Positions 1-7,609 of a stretch of 15,906 nucleotides of DNA are shown piece by piece. The stretch is taken from assembly GCA_005191425.1 (NCBI GenBank), contig SUPR01000081.1, positions 1 through 15,906 on the forward strand, read 5' to 3'. This DNA is from Candidatus Helarchaeota ASGARD archaeon Hel_GB_B (GTDB lineage Archaea > Asgardarchaeota > Lokiarchaeia > Helarchaeales > HEL-GB-B). The notes beneath the pieces are model-generated. The model made no database searches and was not told the origin of the DNA. It saw nothing but the letters and a program-made list of their open reading frames with translations. The position numbers and the translations under genes are program-made. How positions within the stretch are numbered: the stretch's first letter is position 1; each line of letters starts with the position of its first letter.

Positions 1-1593
1 CATTCAATGTTTGTTACTGGATTTATGAGCGGATTAGGGAGTAGAAATCTATACAATGCTGGATCGGTCGATAATAACAACTTATTCGTAGCACAGCATT
101 TTCTTTTTGGTAATTCAATAGTGATGCCAATACCTGATTTACCAAATACTGATTTGCTCATAATAATTGGGTCAAATCCAGCTGTGACCAATTTAAGTCT
201 CGTTACTTGCGCTAATGTGATTAAAGTTCTTAAAGGAAATAAAAATAAAGGCGGTGAGATTTATGTTATCGATCCAAGAAGGAATGAAACAGCTAAAATG
301 TTTGCAAAAGATGACGAATATTATATTCTAATTTATCCAAATACTGTTATTCTTTTGTTATTTTCAATGATTAACATTATTCTTAAAGAGGAATTAGAAG
401 ATAAAGAATTTCTTAAAAAGAATACAGTAGGATATGAAAAGTTAAAAGAGTTATTTGGTGGATTTACTCCTGAAATTGTAGAGAAATTTTGTAGAATACC
501 TGCAGATAAAATATATAAACTTACTCATAAGTTTGTAAAAGTCCGAAAATCTGTTATATATGGGCGGTTAGGTATATGTTTATCTGAATTTTCGACTTTA
601 AACGCTTGGGCTGTTTATACACTAAACATAATTGCAGGGAAATTGGATCGACCTGGTGGACTGATTTTCGGGTATAATGTAATAAATATTGCAAAACTAG
701 GTAAATTAATCGGAATTGGCGGATTTAATAGATATAGAAGCCGGGTTGGGAATTATCTTGATGTAATGGGCACTTTTCCAGTCGGGTCTTTGGCTCGAGA
801 AATAATGTTTCCAATAAATTCTATTAAAGCTTTAATAATTTCAGCGGATAATCCCGTACTATCTGCCCCAAATTCTAATGAATTTGAAATGGCTTTAAAA
901 AAATTAGATTTATGTGTTGTATTAGATTTTTATACTAATGAAACAGCTTTAATAGCTGCTGATTATATTCTACCTGTAAATACACCACTTGAAAATTCTA
1001 ATTATTCTATATTTTCTCTAAATTATCATATTTTTCCTCATATTGATTATACTCCGCCAATAGTGATTTCAGAAAAATATGGCCCCAAACCTGAGTGGGA
1101 AATTTTACTCGCTTTGACAAGATTATTGAGATTAAAATTCATGAACAATAACGCATTTAATTTAATTTTAAAATTTTTTCAATTTATTAATAAGAAATTT
1201 GACCTTGAAATTATAGTTAGAATTTTTCTTTTTTTAGGACAAATATTTGAAAAAAGATTTCCATATTTATCAAAAAATGCATTAACATTCAGAAAACTTA
1301 AGAAAAATAAATTTATTATCGCAAGGAAAAATGAGTATAATGTAATTAAAAAGTATTTACAGACTAAAAATAAAAAGATTAATTTTTTAAATTCCCAAAT
1401 TATTGAGCAAATTAATCTATGTTATGATTTTTTGAAAAAAATAGATAAAGAAGGGAAAAACAATGAATTTGTTTTAATTGGAGGCAGAATGACAAAATCT
1501 ATGAATTCTTGGATGCATAATGTTGAATTTTTATGTGAAAAAAAAAAACAAATACCAAAATTACTAATCAATTCTAATGATGCAAAAAATTGA
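1..1593 (+). CDS. Molybdopterin (bis-PGD)-dependent oxidoreductase, main part; 5'-partial and separated from its C-terminal domain by a frameshift
   Basis: The frame is open to base 1 (CAT TCA ATG), so the ATG at 7 is probably internal. DMSO-reductase-superfamily motifs are present: DLLIIIGSNPAVT, GGEIYVIDPRRNETA, GKLDRPGG, LDLCVVLDFYTNETA..ADYILP, PKPEWEI, SMNSWMHN. The ORF stops in the middle of the molydopterin dinucleotide-binding domain (LLINSNDAKN*). No TAT signal or Fe-S motif lies inside the window. Confidence 0.9.
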   Translation, partial: HSMFVTGFMSGLGSRNLYNAGSVDNNNLFVAQHFLFGNSIVMPIPDLPNTDLLIIIGSNPAVTNLSLVTCANVIKVLKGNKNKGGEIYVIDPRRNETAKMFAKDDEYYILIYPNTVILLLFSMINIILKEELEDKEFLKKNTVGYEKLKELFGGFTPEIVEKFCRIPADKIYKLTHKFVKVRKSVIYGRLGICLSEFSTLNAWAVYTLNIIAGKLDRPGGLIFGYNVINIAKLGKLIGIGGFNRYRSRVGNYLDVMGTFPVGSLAREIMFPINSIKALIISADNPVLSAPNSNEFEMALKKLDLCVVLDFYTNETALIAADYILPVNTPLENSNYSIFSLNYHIFPHIDYTPPIVISEKYGPKPEWEILLALTRLLRLKFMNNNAFNLILKFFQFINKKFDLEIIVRIFLFLGQIFEKRFPYLSKNALTFRKLKKNKFIIARKNEYNVIKKYLQTKNKKINFLNSQIIEQINLCYDFLKKIDKEGKNNEFVLIGGRMTKSMNSWMHNVEFLCEKKKQIPKLLINSNDAKN

Positions 1594-1856
1594 ATTTAAG
1601 AGATGATGATCTAATAAAAATTAAAAACACTTTCGGATCAATTATTGTCCCAATAAAACTTTCTGAAGATATAATGCAAGGTGTATTATTTTATCCACAT
1701 GGGTGGGGCCATAGAAATCCAAAATTATCGGTCGCTGATAGGCATCCCGGAGAGAATGTTAACAAATTAACTGATTCCCATAAATTAGAAAAATTATCTG
1801 GAATTCCATTAATGAATGGATACAAGGTAGAATTGGAAAAAATAAGAAAATATTAA
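1590..1856 (+). CDS. C-terminal molydopterin dinucleotide-binding domain fragment of the upstream oxidoreductase (-1 frame); probably not an independent gene
   Basis: LNLRDDDLIKIKNTFGSIIVPIKLSEDIMQGVLFYPHGWGH...NVNKLT directly continues the Molydop_binding pattern (inP.DA..lgl.dgd.v.v....G.i...v......GV...PHGWG) that the upstream ORF begins. Confidence 0.85.
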   Translation: MNLRDDDLIKIKNTFGSIIVPIKLSEDIMQGVLFYPHGWGHRNPKLSVADRHPGENVNKLTDSHKLEKLSGIPLMNGYKVELEKIRKY

Positions 1857-1866
1857 GCCAAAAAGA

Positions 1867-2292
1867 TTAACATTTACCACATAAAAAATATACTTCTTTA
1901 ATTTTATCTTCAACTTTTATTATCTCGTTTTTTGCATTTAATTTTTTATAGAATTCTACTGATTTCTTATAAAATTTGAGTGCATCTGAATAATTCCCTC
2001 TCATGTGATAAACATTTCCGATATTATATGTTGAAATTGCAGTGTTTAATATATTTCCTATTGGTTCATTTGTCTCAAGCGCTCTTTCATAAAATTTTAA
2101 AGATTCGTCCAATCGACCGTTATTTTTGTAAATACTTCCAATATAATTATAACATTCGCCTAAAATTTCATAATATTTTTCCCTTTTAGCAAGTTCACTT
2201 GCTTCTTTAAAACTATTTAATGCTACTTCATCATTTCCACTATTATATGCTTTAATTCCCTTCTTAAAAAGGGCTTTAATTTTCGTTTCCAA
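1867..2292 (-). CDS. Tetratricopeptide repeat protein (about 3 TPRs)
   Basis: Repeats such as YNYIGSIYKNNGRLDESLKFYERALE and YNIGNVYHMRGNYSDALKFYKKSVE fit the TPR consensus. TTG start, 12 nt downstream of the CapA-family stop, so likely the same operon. Confidence 0.85.
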   Translation of the reverse strand: METKIKALFKKGIKAYNSGNDEVALNSFKEASELAKREKYYEILGECYNYIGSIYKNNGRLDESLKFYERALETNEPIGNILNTAISTYNIGNVYHMRGNYSDALKFYKKSVEFYKKLNAKNEIIKVEDKIKEVYFLCGKC

Positions 2293-2304
2293 ATAAAATC
2301 CGTC

Positions 2305-3315
2305 CTAATTATTAATTTCTATTTTCTTGAAATACTTACAATCGTCAACTAACTCTATTTTTGTAATTAATTTATCGATATGGCAAATTTTCAAAAATTT
2401 CCATTCAACCTTTCCTATTTGCCATTTACCAGCTTTATTATTACCTAAATTGATCTTAACAACTAAACCATTTAAGAGTTTCTTATATTTCATACAAGAA
2501 CAAAAATTTCCTAATGAATAAACTATCAACTTCTTTTCACTATCTAATTTATAGGTTGTTATTGGCTGTGGCACATGGGGATGAGTACCAATAATCAAGT
2601 CCCACTTTTTAAGTATTTTTTTCCCCAGTTCAATCTGTCTAGGATTTGGATATAATTGCATTTCATATCCCCAATGAGGGCATAAAATATTAAATTTATT
2701 ATCGTAAACATTAAATTGGTCTATATCTTTTAAATAAGAAATATAATTACAAGGTTGATTTGACCAATTTGAAACATTTGTTATATTAACTTGTTCATTT
2801 AATAAGAATGATGGTTGATCTCTTCTTCCTATTGTAATAAACCCATTCTCCTTTAATAATTCATAGGATTTATTGAATTCAGTCCATCCAAAATCACCTG
2901 AATGATTGTTCGCGCAAGTAAGAATAAATTTATTAGGTGGGAATAGCTTTTTTAGGTCATCAATAATTTTTTCAGAGTGATCTTGTGCAAAAAATACTTT
3001 TTTTCCTTTACTTATTGTCCCTTCAAAATTTCCTATTAAATAATCAACATTAAGAAAATCAATTAAATTTCTATCATATGTTATACTTCTTTTACCCATT
3101 CGCATTATATCTCCAATGAATCCCAGCTTTATTTTTATTGAAATCTTGTTTAATTCTATCTTTTGAGGAATAAATTTGGTAATATTGCTGAATCTTCGTG
3201 ATGGTCCAAAAAGAAAATTTTTGATCCAAATTATATCTTCTTTTAAATTATAGGGTGTTGAAAACCTTTTACGCGGTATATCTTGCGCCCAATTTTCATT
3301 TCCATTACTTGACAT
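2305..3315 (-). CDS. CapA family (PGA_cap) metallophosphoesterase-fold protein
   Basis: Motifs in the expected order: GFIGDIM, GNFEG, ANNHSGDFG, PHWGYE, IGTHPHVPQ, YSLGNF. No N-terminal hydrophobic anchor seen. Confidence 0.88.
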   Translation of the reverse strand: MSSNGNENWAQDIPRKRFSTPYNLKEDIIWIKNFLFGPSRRFSNITKFIPQKIELNKISIKIKLGFIGDIMRMGKRSITYDRNLIDFLNVDYLIGNFEGTISKGKKVFFAQDHSEKIIDDLKKLFPPNKFILTCANNHSGDFGWTEFNKSYELLKENGFITIGRRDQPSFLLNEQVNITNVSNWSNQPCNYISYLKDIDQFNVYDNKFNILCPHWGYEMQLYPNPRQIELGKKILKKWDLIIGTHPHVPQPITTYKLDSEKKLIVYSLGNFCSCMKYKKLLNGLVVKINLGNNKAGKWQIGKVEWKFLKICHIDKLITKIELVDDCKYFKKIEINN

Positions 3316-3529
3316 ATTTTAGCACTTTTTTAATTCAAGCAATACAATCGAATAAATTTAATAAAAAGATAAAAAATTTATCTATAAAAAACGATTAAAA
3401 ATTTAAATTTCTTTTTAACTTTAATGTAGGCAAAAATGTAAATTAAAATAATAACATTTTATTTTTTTTAAAAGCAGGTCTAATTAAAATAGGAATTTCT
3501 AAAGATAGTATAAAATAGGTATGGTCTAA

Positions 3530-4615
3530 ATGAAAAAAATGTATTATTATTTTCTAATTTTATTATTATCAATTATTTATATAAATTTAATTATAAATCA
3601 ATCAGTTTCGCATAGTTCATTTAATTCCTTATCTCAATTTTCAGTATCAGGTAAAATAAATAGTGGGATTTTTAACTTATATGTAGAAGAAAAAGATAAA
3701 ATAGACATCCCAAATATTTACAATTATTCTTACACATGCAATAAAACAATTATAAATGAAATTAACCAAACAATGAATTTATCTGCAATAAATATTAAAA
3801 TTACAAATTTACAAGACCCACCATATTCGATAATAATTAACAGAAATACGACTAATTCTATATTTGCTGTTAATGAGCAAGAACTCAATGCTAAAAAGCC
3901 CCAATTAGCCCAATATTTCAAAATTGATAACTTTTCTTTAATTCAAACAATTGGTGTCTATTTAAATTATACAGTTTCAGGTTTTTTTCCCAGTCCAAAA
4001 GTCAGTATTGATATTTATAATGCTTCGAACTTTAATGTCGGACCAATTAATGTAAAAAATCATACAGCGAATTTGGGGTTTGGAAATCATATTGAATGGA
4101 TTAAAATACCTATCAATGAATATTTAGGAAAAGGTGAATATTATGCTATATTTAATAGCTGGGTCATAGGTTTAGGTAAAATGAATAATAATAGTTGGCA
4201 AATAAATAAATATAATAATAAATCATTCGATAAAGGGCCAAGTTTATTTCAAAATGCATCCGGTTGGTTCCCTATTCAAAATGATTCCCTTAATGATTTT
4301 TTAATGTATATTAACCTAACTCATTTTGATACTCCCTATGAAGTAAATCTTTCAGTATTTTTGGATAATGAAAAAATAGAGTTGAATCATAAGAGTGATT
4401 ATTCTGTAAAATCTTTAACTTTTGGAAAACCTATTTGGGATAGCGAAATCCTTTATTATTTAGATGCGGTTCCCGACCACGATATTATTATTTCTATAAA
4501 AACAAACAGGTCAGATACTATTGCCTCAATCACAATAGGGGGACGTTATTTCTATTTGGAACCTGCAAATGGTACTTTTTCAGTAAATCATATTTCTAAT
4601 AAATTTGGATATTGA
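3530..4615 (+). CDS. Secreted/surface glycoprotein ectodomain; probable N-terminal half of a receptor-like membrane protein continued in 4605..5870
   Basis: N-terminal MKK followed by a hydrophobic stretch (signal peptide or anchor). Beta-rich and Asn-rich, with at least 15 N-x-S/T sequons and no C-terminal anchor. Overlaps the next ORF by 11 nt. Confidence 0.7.
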   Translation: MKKMYYYFLILLLSIIYINLIINQSVSHSSFNSLSQFSVSGKINSGIFNLYVEEKDKIDIPNIYNYSYTCNKTIINEINQTMNLSAINIKITNLQDPPYSIIINRNTTNSIFAVNEQELNAKKPQLAQYFKIDNFSLIQTIGVYLNYTVSGFFPSPKVSIDIYNASNFNVGPINVKNHTANLGFGNHIEWIKIPINEYLGKGEYYAIFNSWVIGLGKMNNNSWQINKYNNKSFDKGPSLFQNASGWFPIQNDSLNDFLMYINLTHFDTPYEVNLSVFLDNEKIELNHKSDYSVKSLTFGKPIWDSEILYYLDAVPDHDIIISIKTNRSDTIASITIGGRYFYLEPANGTFSVNHISNKFGY

Positions 4616-5870
4616 TTATAAAAAAATCAACTCTTCGTCAACTTTAAAAGTGTTCTTTATGCATCCTTATGACTGGTCAATTAAAAAACTTTATGATAAA
4701 AAATTTGGAAACGAAATTTACGAATATGGTATATATTACAGTTATATATATGGCGATCGTGGAAAAGCAATTTGGTATGAGGAAGGTGGTGATGGAACTG
4801 AAGAATTTAATTATGAAGCTATATTTAATTCACCTAATTATATATCCAATACTAAACTTTGGAAAAAATCAATATATTCAAGTCAGTATCAATCAGCCTT
4901 CAATGTTTATATTGGTGATGCTTTTAAAATTCAAGCCCAAATTAAAAATTCTGAAGGTGAATCTATCAAAAATGGTAAATGTAGTTTTAATTTATACAGT
5001 CCAAGTGGTAATAATATTTTTTCAAGTAATTCAACTAATTATAATGGAATTATAGAGTCAAATGATGTGATTACAAATGGCTGGACTCCTGGAATTTATT
5101 CAATGGTAATATATTGGAGTAATGGGGAAGAATTTGGTATTATAATTTATTATATATCAGTATCTCTATCACCATGGATTTATACTATAATCGTTGCAGT
5201 GATAGTTGGCATATCTATTGCGTTATCCTTAACTTATATAAAAAAGAAACTCCAAGAAAGAAATTGGGTGAAATCTATACATTATCTATTAGTTTTAAAT
5301 AAAAAGGGAGGTACTCCCATGTATAGTTATTCTTTTGGGGCAATTATTAAAGATTCAGCATTAATATCCGGAATGATTTCTGCAATCTCTGATTTTGTAA
5401 AAGATACCATTGGAAGCAAAAAAATGTTACGCGTCATTGACCAAGAGGATAAAAAAGTTATTTTATCACACGGAAAATTCTCAACAATTGCAATACTAGG
5501 CGATAAGAACCTACCAATTATCCATACTCGGTCTGAAAAATTTCTGAACGATTTCGAAGAAAAATATGCTGATAAAATTACCAAATGGACTGGCGATATG
5601 AGTGTATTTAAGGGAGTAAATAAAATTATAGAAAAATATTTCCCCATAAGCATGGAAGATAAATTAATTAATAAACTTGGATATGAATTAGAGACATTAA
5701 ATGAAAGAATTCAAACAGCCACAAACCCGGAAGAAATAGCTAAAATATTGAATGAAGTAACTACATTAACTGATCAATATCAAGATTTAATAATTAAGAA
5801 TTACAATTCATTATTAATTGAAATAATGAAGGAAGCAAACAAAAAATTAAAATCAAAAAATGAAAAATGA
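4605..5870 (+). CDS. Single-pass membrane protein with cytoplasmic longin-like domain and helical tail; probable C-terminal half of the split gene
   Basis: No signal peptide. An Ig-like beta region (PGIYSMVIYW) precedes one TM helix (WIYTIIVAVIVGISIALSLTYI, ~5175-5240) and a basic KKK stop-transfer. The following domain (~5265-5645) aligns by eye with the C-terminus of the MFS protein at 8656-9045. A ~75 aa helical tail ends the ORF. Confidence 0.75.
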   Translation: MDIDYKKINSSSTLKVFFMHPYDWSIKKLYDKKFGNEIYEYGIYYSYIYGDRGKAIWYEEGGDGTEEFNYEAIFNSPNYISNTKLWKKSIYSSQYQSAFNVYIGDAFKIQAQIKNSEGESIKNGKCSFNLYSPSGNNIFSSNSTNYNGIIESNDVITNGWTPGIYSMVIYWSNGEEFGIIIYYISVSLSPWIYTIIVAVIVGISIALSLTYIKKKLQERNWVKSIHYLLVLNKKGGTPMYSYSFGAIIKDSALISGMISAISDFVKDTIGSKKMLRVIDQEDKKVILSHGKFSTIAILGDKNLPIIHTRSEKFLNDFEEKYADKITKWTGDMSVFKGVNKIIEKYFPISMEDKLINKLGYELETLNERIQTATNPEEIAKILNEVTTLTDQYQDLIIKNYNSLLIEIMKEANKKLKSKNEK

Positions 5871-5880
5871 AAAATGAAAA
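5860..5880 (+). repeat. Tandem 7-mer ATGAAAA x3 at the stop/start junction
   Basis: Read directly: ATGAAAA at 5860-5866, 5867-5873 and 5874-5880. Confidence 0.85.
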
Positions 5881-6637
5881 AATAAGTCAAGAACATATTG
5901 CAGTATTTGCAGCTCATCCTGATGATGAAGGGTCTGTTTGGGGGACATTACAAAAATATTATGAATTTGGGTCAAAAATATCCTTAATTTGGATGACCTG
6001 TGGTGATAAATTCATAGCTTCTGTAAAAAAATATGTTAATTATTTACCACTTTTGATAAAATCCTTTTATTCAAAAAAAATTCAAGAAAAATTATCAATT
6101 AGAATATCCGAAATCCGTAAAAAAGAAGCAATTATGGTAGCTAATTTGATTAATGCCACACCATATTTCCTTGAATTTAAAGATACAGAAATTCCTTCCT
6201 TTAAAGATAAAATTGCCTTAAAAAAAATTGTCGGACTTATTAGAAAAATCAAACCCACTATTATACTTACTCATTGGAACAATGAGCTTCACAAAGATCA
6301 TAAAAACACGTCAAATCTTATAACTAAATCATATTTTCTTTCGGATAATCCTAATATTATCACAGACCACGCTCCTTACAAGCCTAGAATATTGGCTTTT
6401 TGGGACGAACGAGGAAAAAATTTTAAGCCTAATTTCTTTCTAAATGTATCTGATCAAATTTCTTATATCAAGAAATGGGGAAAATATTACAATTCCCAAT
6501 CTTTTAGAATTGTTGGAAGGTTTGTAAAATTTAGATATAGTATTAATGCGAAAAAAACTCCATATAGTTATGCAGAGGCTTATTATATTTATAATAAAAA
6601 AAGCGGTAAAAGTTTCGGCCAATTCTTTCCTAAATGA
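5867..6637 (+). CDS. PIG-L/LmbE family N-acetylglucosaminyl deacetylase (BshB1-like)
   Basis: AHPDDE metal-binding motif, RKKEA..A, PTIILTHW and HKDH. ATGA overlap with the upstream gene indicates translational coupling. Confidence 0.88.
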   Translation: MKNEKISQEHIAVFAAHPDDEGSVWGTLQKYYEFGSKISLIWMTCGDKFIASVKKYVNYLPLLIKSFYSKKIQEKLSIRISEIRKKEAIMVANLINATPYFLEFKDTEIPSFKDKIALKKIVGLIRKIKPTIILTHWNNELHKDHKNTSNLITKSYFLSDNPNIITDHAPYKPRILAFWDERGKNFKPNFFLNVSDQISYIKKWGKYYNSQSFRIVGRFVKFRYSINAKKTPYSYAEAYYIYNKKSGKSFGQFFPK

Positions 6638-6681
6638 GTTTTTATCGTAGGCAATAAAATTTACATCATTTTAACATATGT

Positions 6682-7398
6682 TCACACATTCTTATAGATT
6701 ATTGAAAAACCAATACCCATTAATATTGCACCTAAAGACTCTGCAATCGGATTAAAATAATGCAATAATATACCTGGAATATTTTGTACAAAAATATATG
6801 ATTCTGGAAGATCACCTATCACACCAAGAAGAAAAAATAGAAATCCAATCGTATTTATTATCCAAGCGATTTTATTTGATAAGTATAACCCTTTTATTGA
6901 AAGATAAAGAAATAATATTATTGGAACTATCGCAACACCAAAAAATAAAATTACAACTATCGTAAAATTCCAGAATGCTTCTGCTGTAAAGTATAATAAA
7001 CAAGAAAAAATACCTTCTAAAGAGGAACTGACAGTAATCAAAAATTTCGTCTTTTTTTCCATAATATATTTCTCAAATACAAAGAAAAAAACCGTAATTC
7101 CAGTCCACGCTATTATATAATAACTTAACCGTAATAATAAATTTATTCCAGTAATTGTAAAATTACTATCTACGATATCATAATAATCATTTATGTAAAA
7201 ATATCTTCTAATTGTTTCTATTAATCTTGCTATTGCAAAAGTAATGCTAAAAATGATAAGACCAAAAATAAATGACCTTCCTTCCGGCTCAATTTTTCTA
7301 TATTTATAAATAAAGTAAACAGCAAAAATACAAAAAATAATTGATACCATTAACCATAAGGTTGGTTCCATTACTGGATCATAGAACCTATTTACCAA
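6682..7398 (-). CDS. Hypothetical integral membrane protein with about 7 TM helices
   Basis: Seven hydrophobic segments separated by short charged loops, with no soluble domain. TTG start preceded by GAGATGGT; the ATG at codon 10 is an alternative start. Confidence 0.75.
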   Translation of the reverse strand: MVNRFYDPVMEPTLWLMVSIIFCIFAVYFIYKYRKIEPEGRSFIFGLIIFSITFAIARLIETIRRYFYINDYYDIVDSNFTITGINLLLRLSYYIIAWTGITVFFFVFEKYIMEKKTKFLITVSSSLEGIFSCLLYFTAEAFWNFTIVVILFFGVAIVPIILFLYLSIKGLYLSNKIAWIINTIGFLFFLLGVIGDLPESYIFVQNIPGILLHYFNPIAESLGAILMGIGFSIIYKNV

Positions 7399-7609
7399 TT
7401 AGACCATCTCTTTTATTAAATTCCAGAATATTTGAGAATTAAGTCCTTTTTTGGTTTGATTTAATAAATTTTAACCTTTCATATTTAAATGATTAAGATC
7501 AAAATTTATTTATTGAGATTTTTTATTTATTAACTTTAAATTTTTTCCTTTTATCATTTATGTATTTATGAAAAAATTATCGATACCAATTAATTTAACT
7601 GTGATAATA

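Noticed and set aside
1867-1881. C-terminal CGKC of the TPR protein as a prenylation or metal-binding motif
   Set aside because: It does not fit CaaX, CC or CXC, and there is no second CxxC pair.
1980-2521. Short + strand ORFs 1980..2189 and 2327..2521
   Set aside because: They are antisense shadows of the TPR and CapA genes, with no motifs.
3730-5653. ORFs 3730..3921 (-), 4669..5055 (+, alternative frame) and 5327..5653 (-)
   Set aside because: They lie wholly inside better-supported genes. Their compositions are typical of off-frame or antisense reads in AT-rich DNA.
6682-7398. 7TM protein as a rhodopsin or heliorhodopsin
   Set aside because: There is no Lys in the middle of TM7 (no DxxxK or SxxxK).
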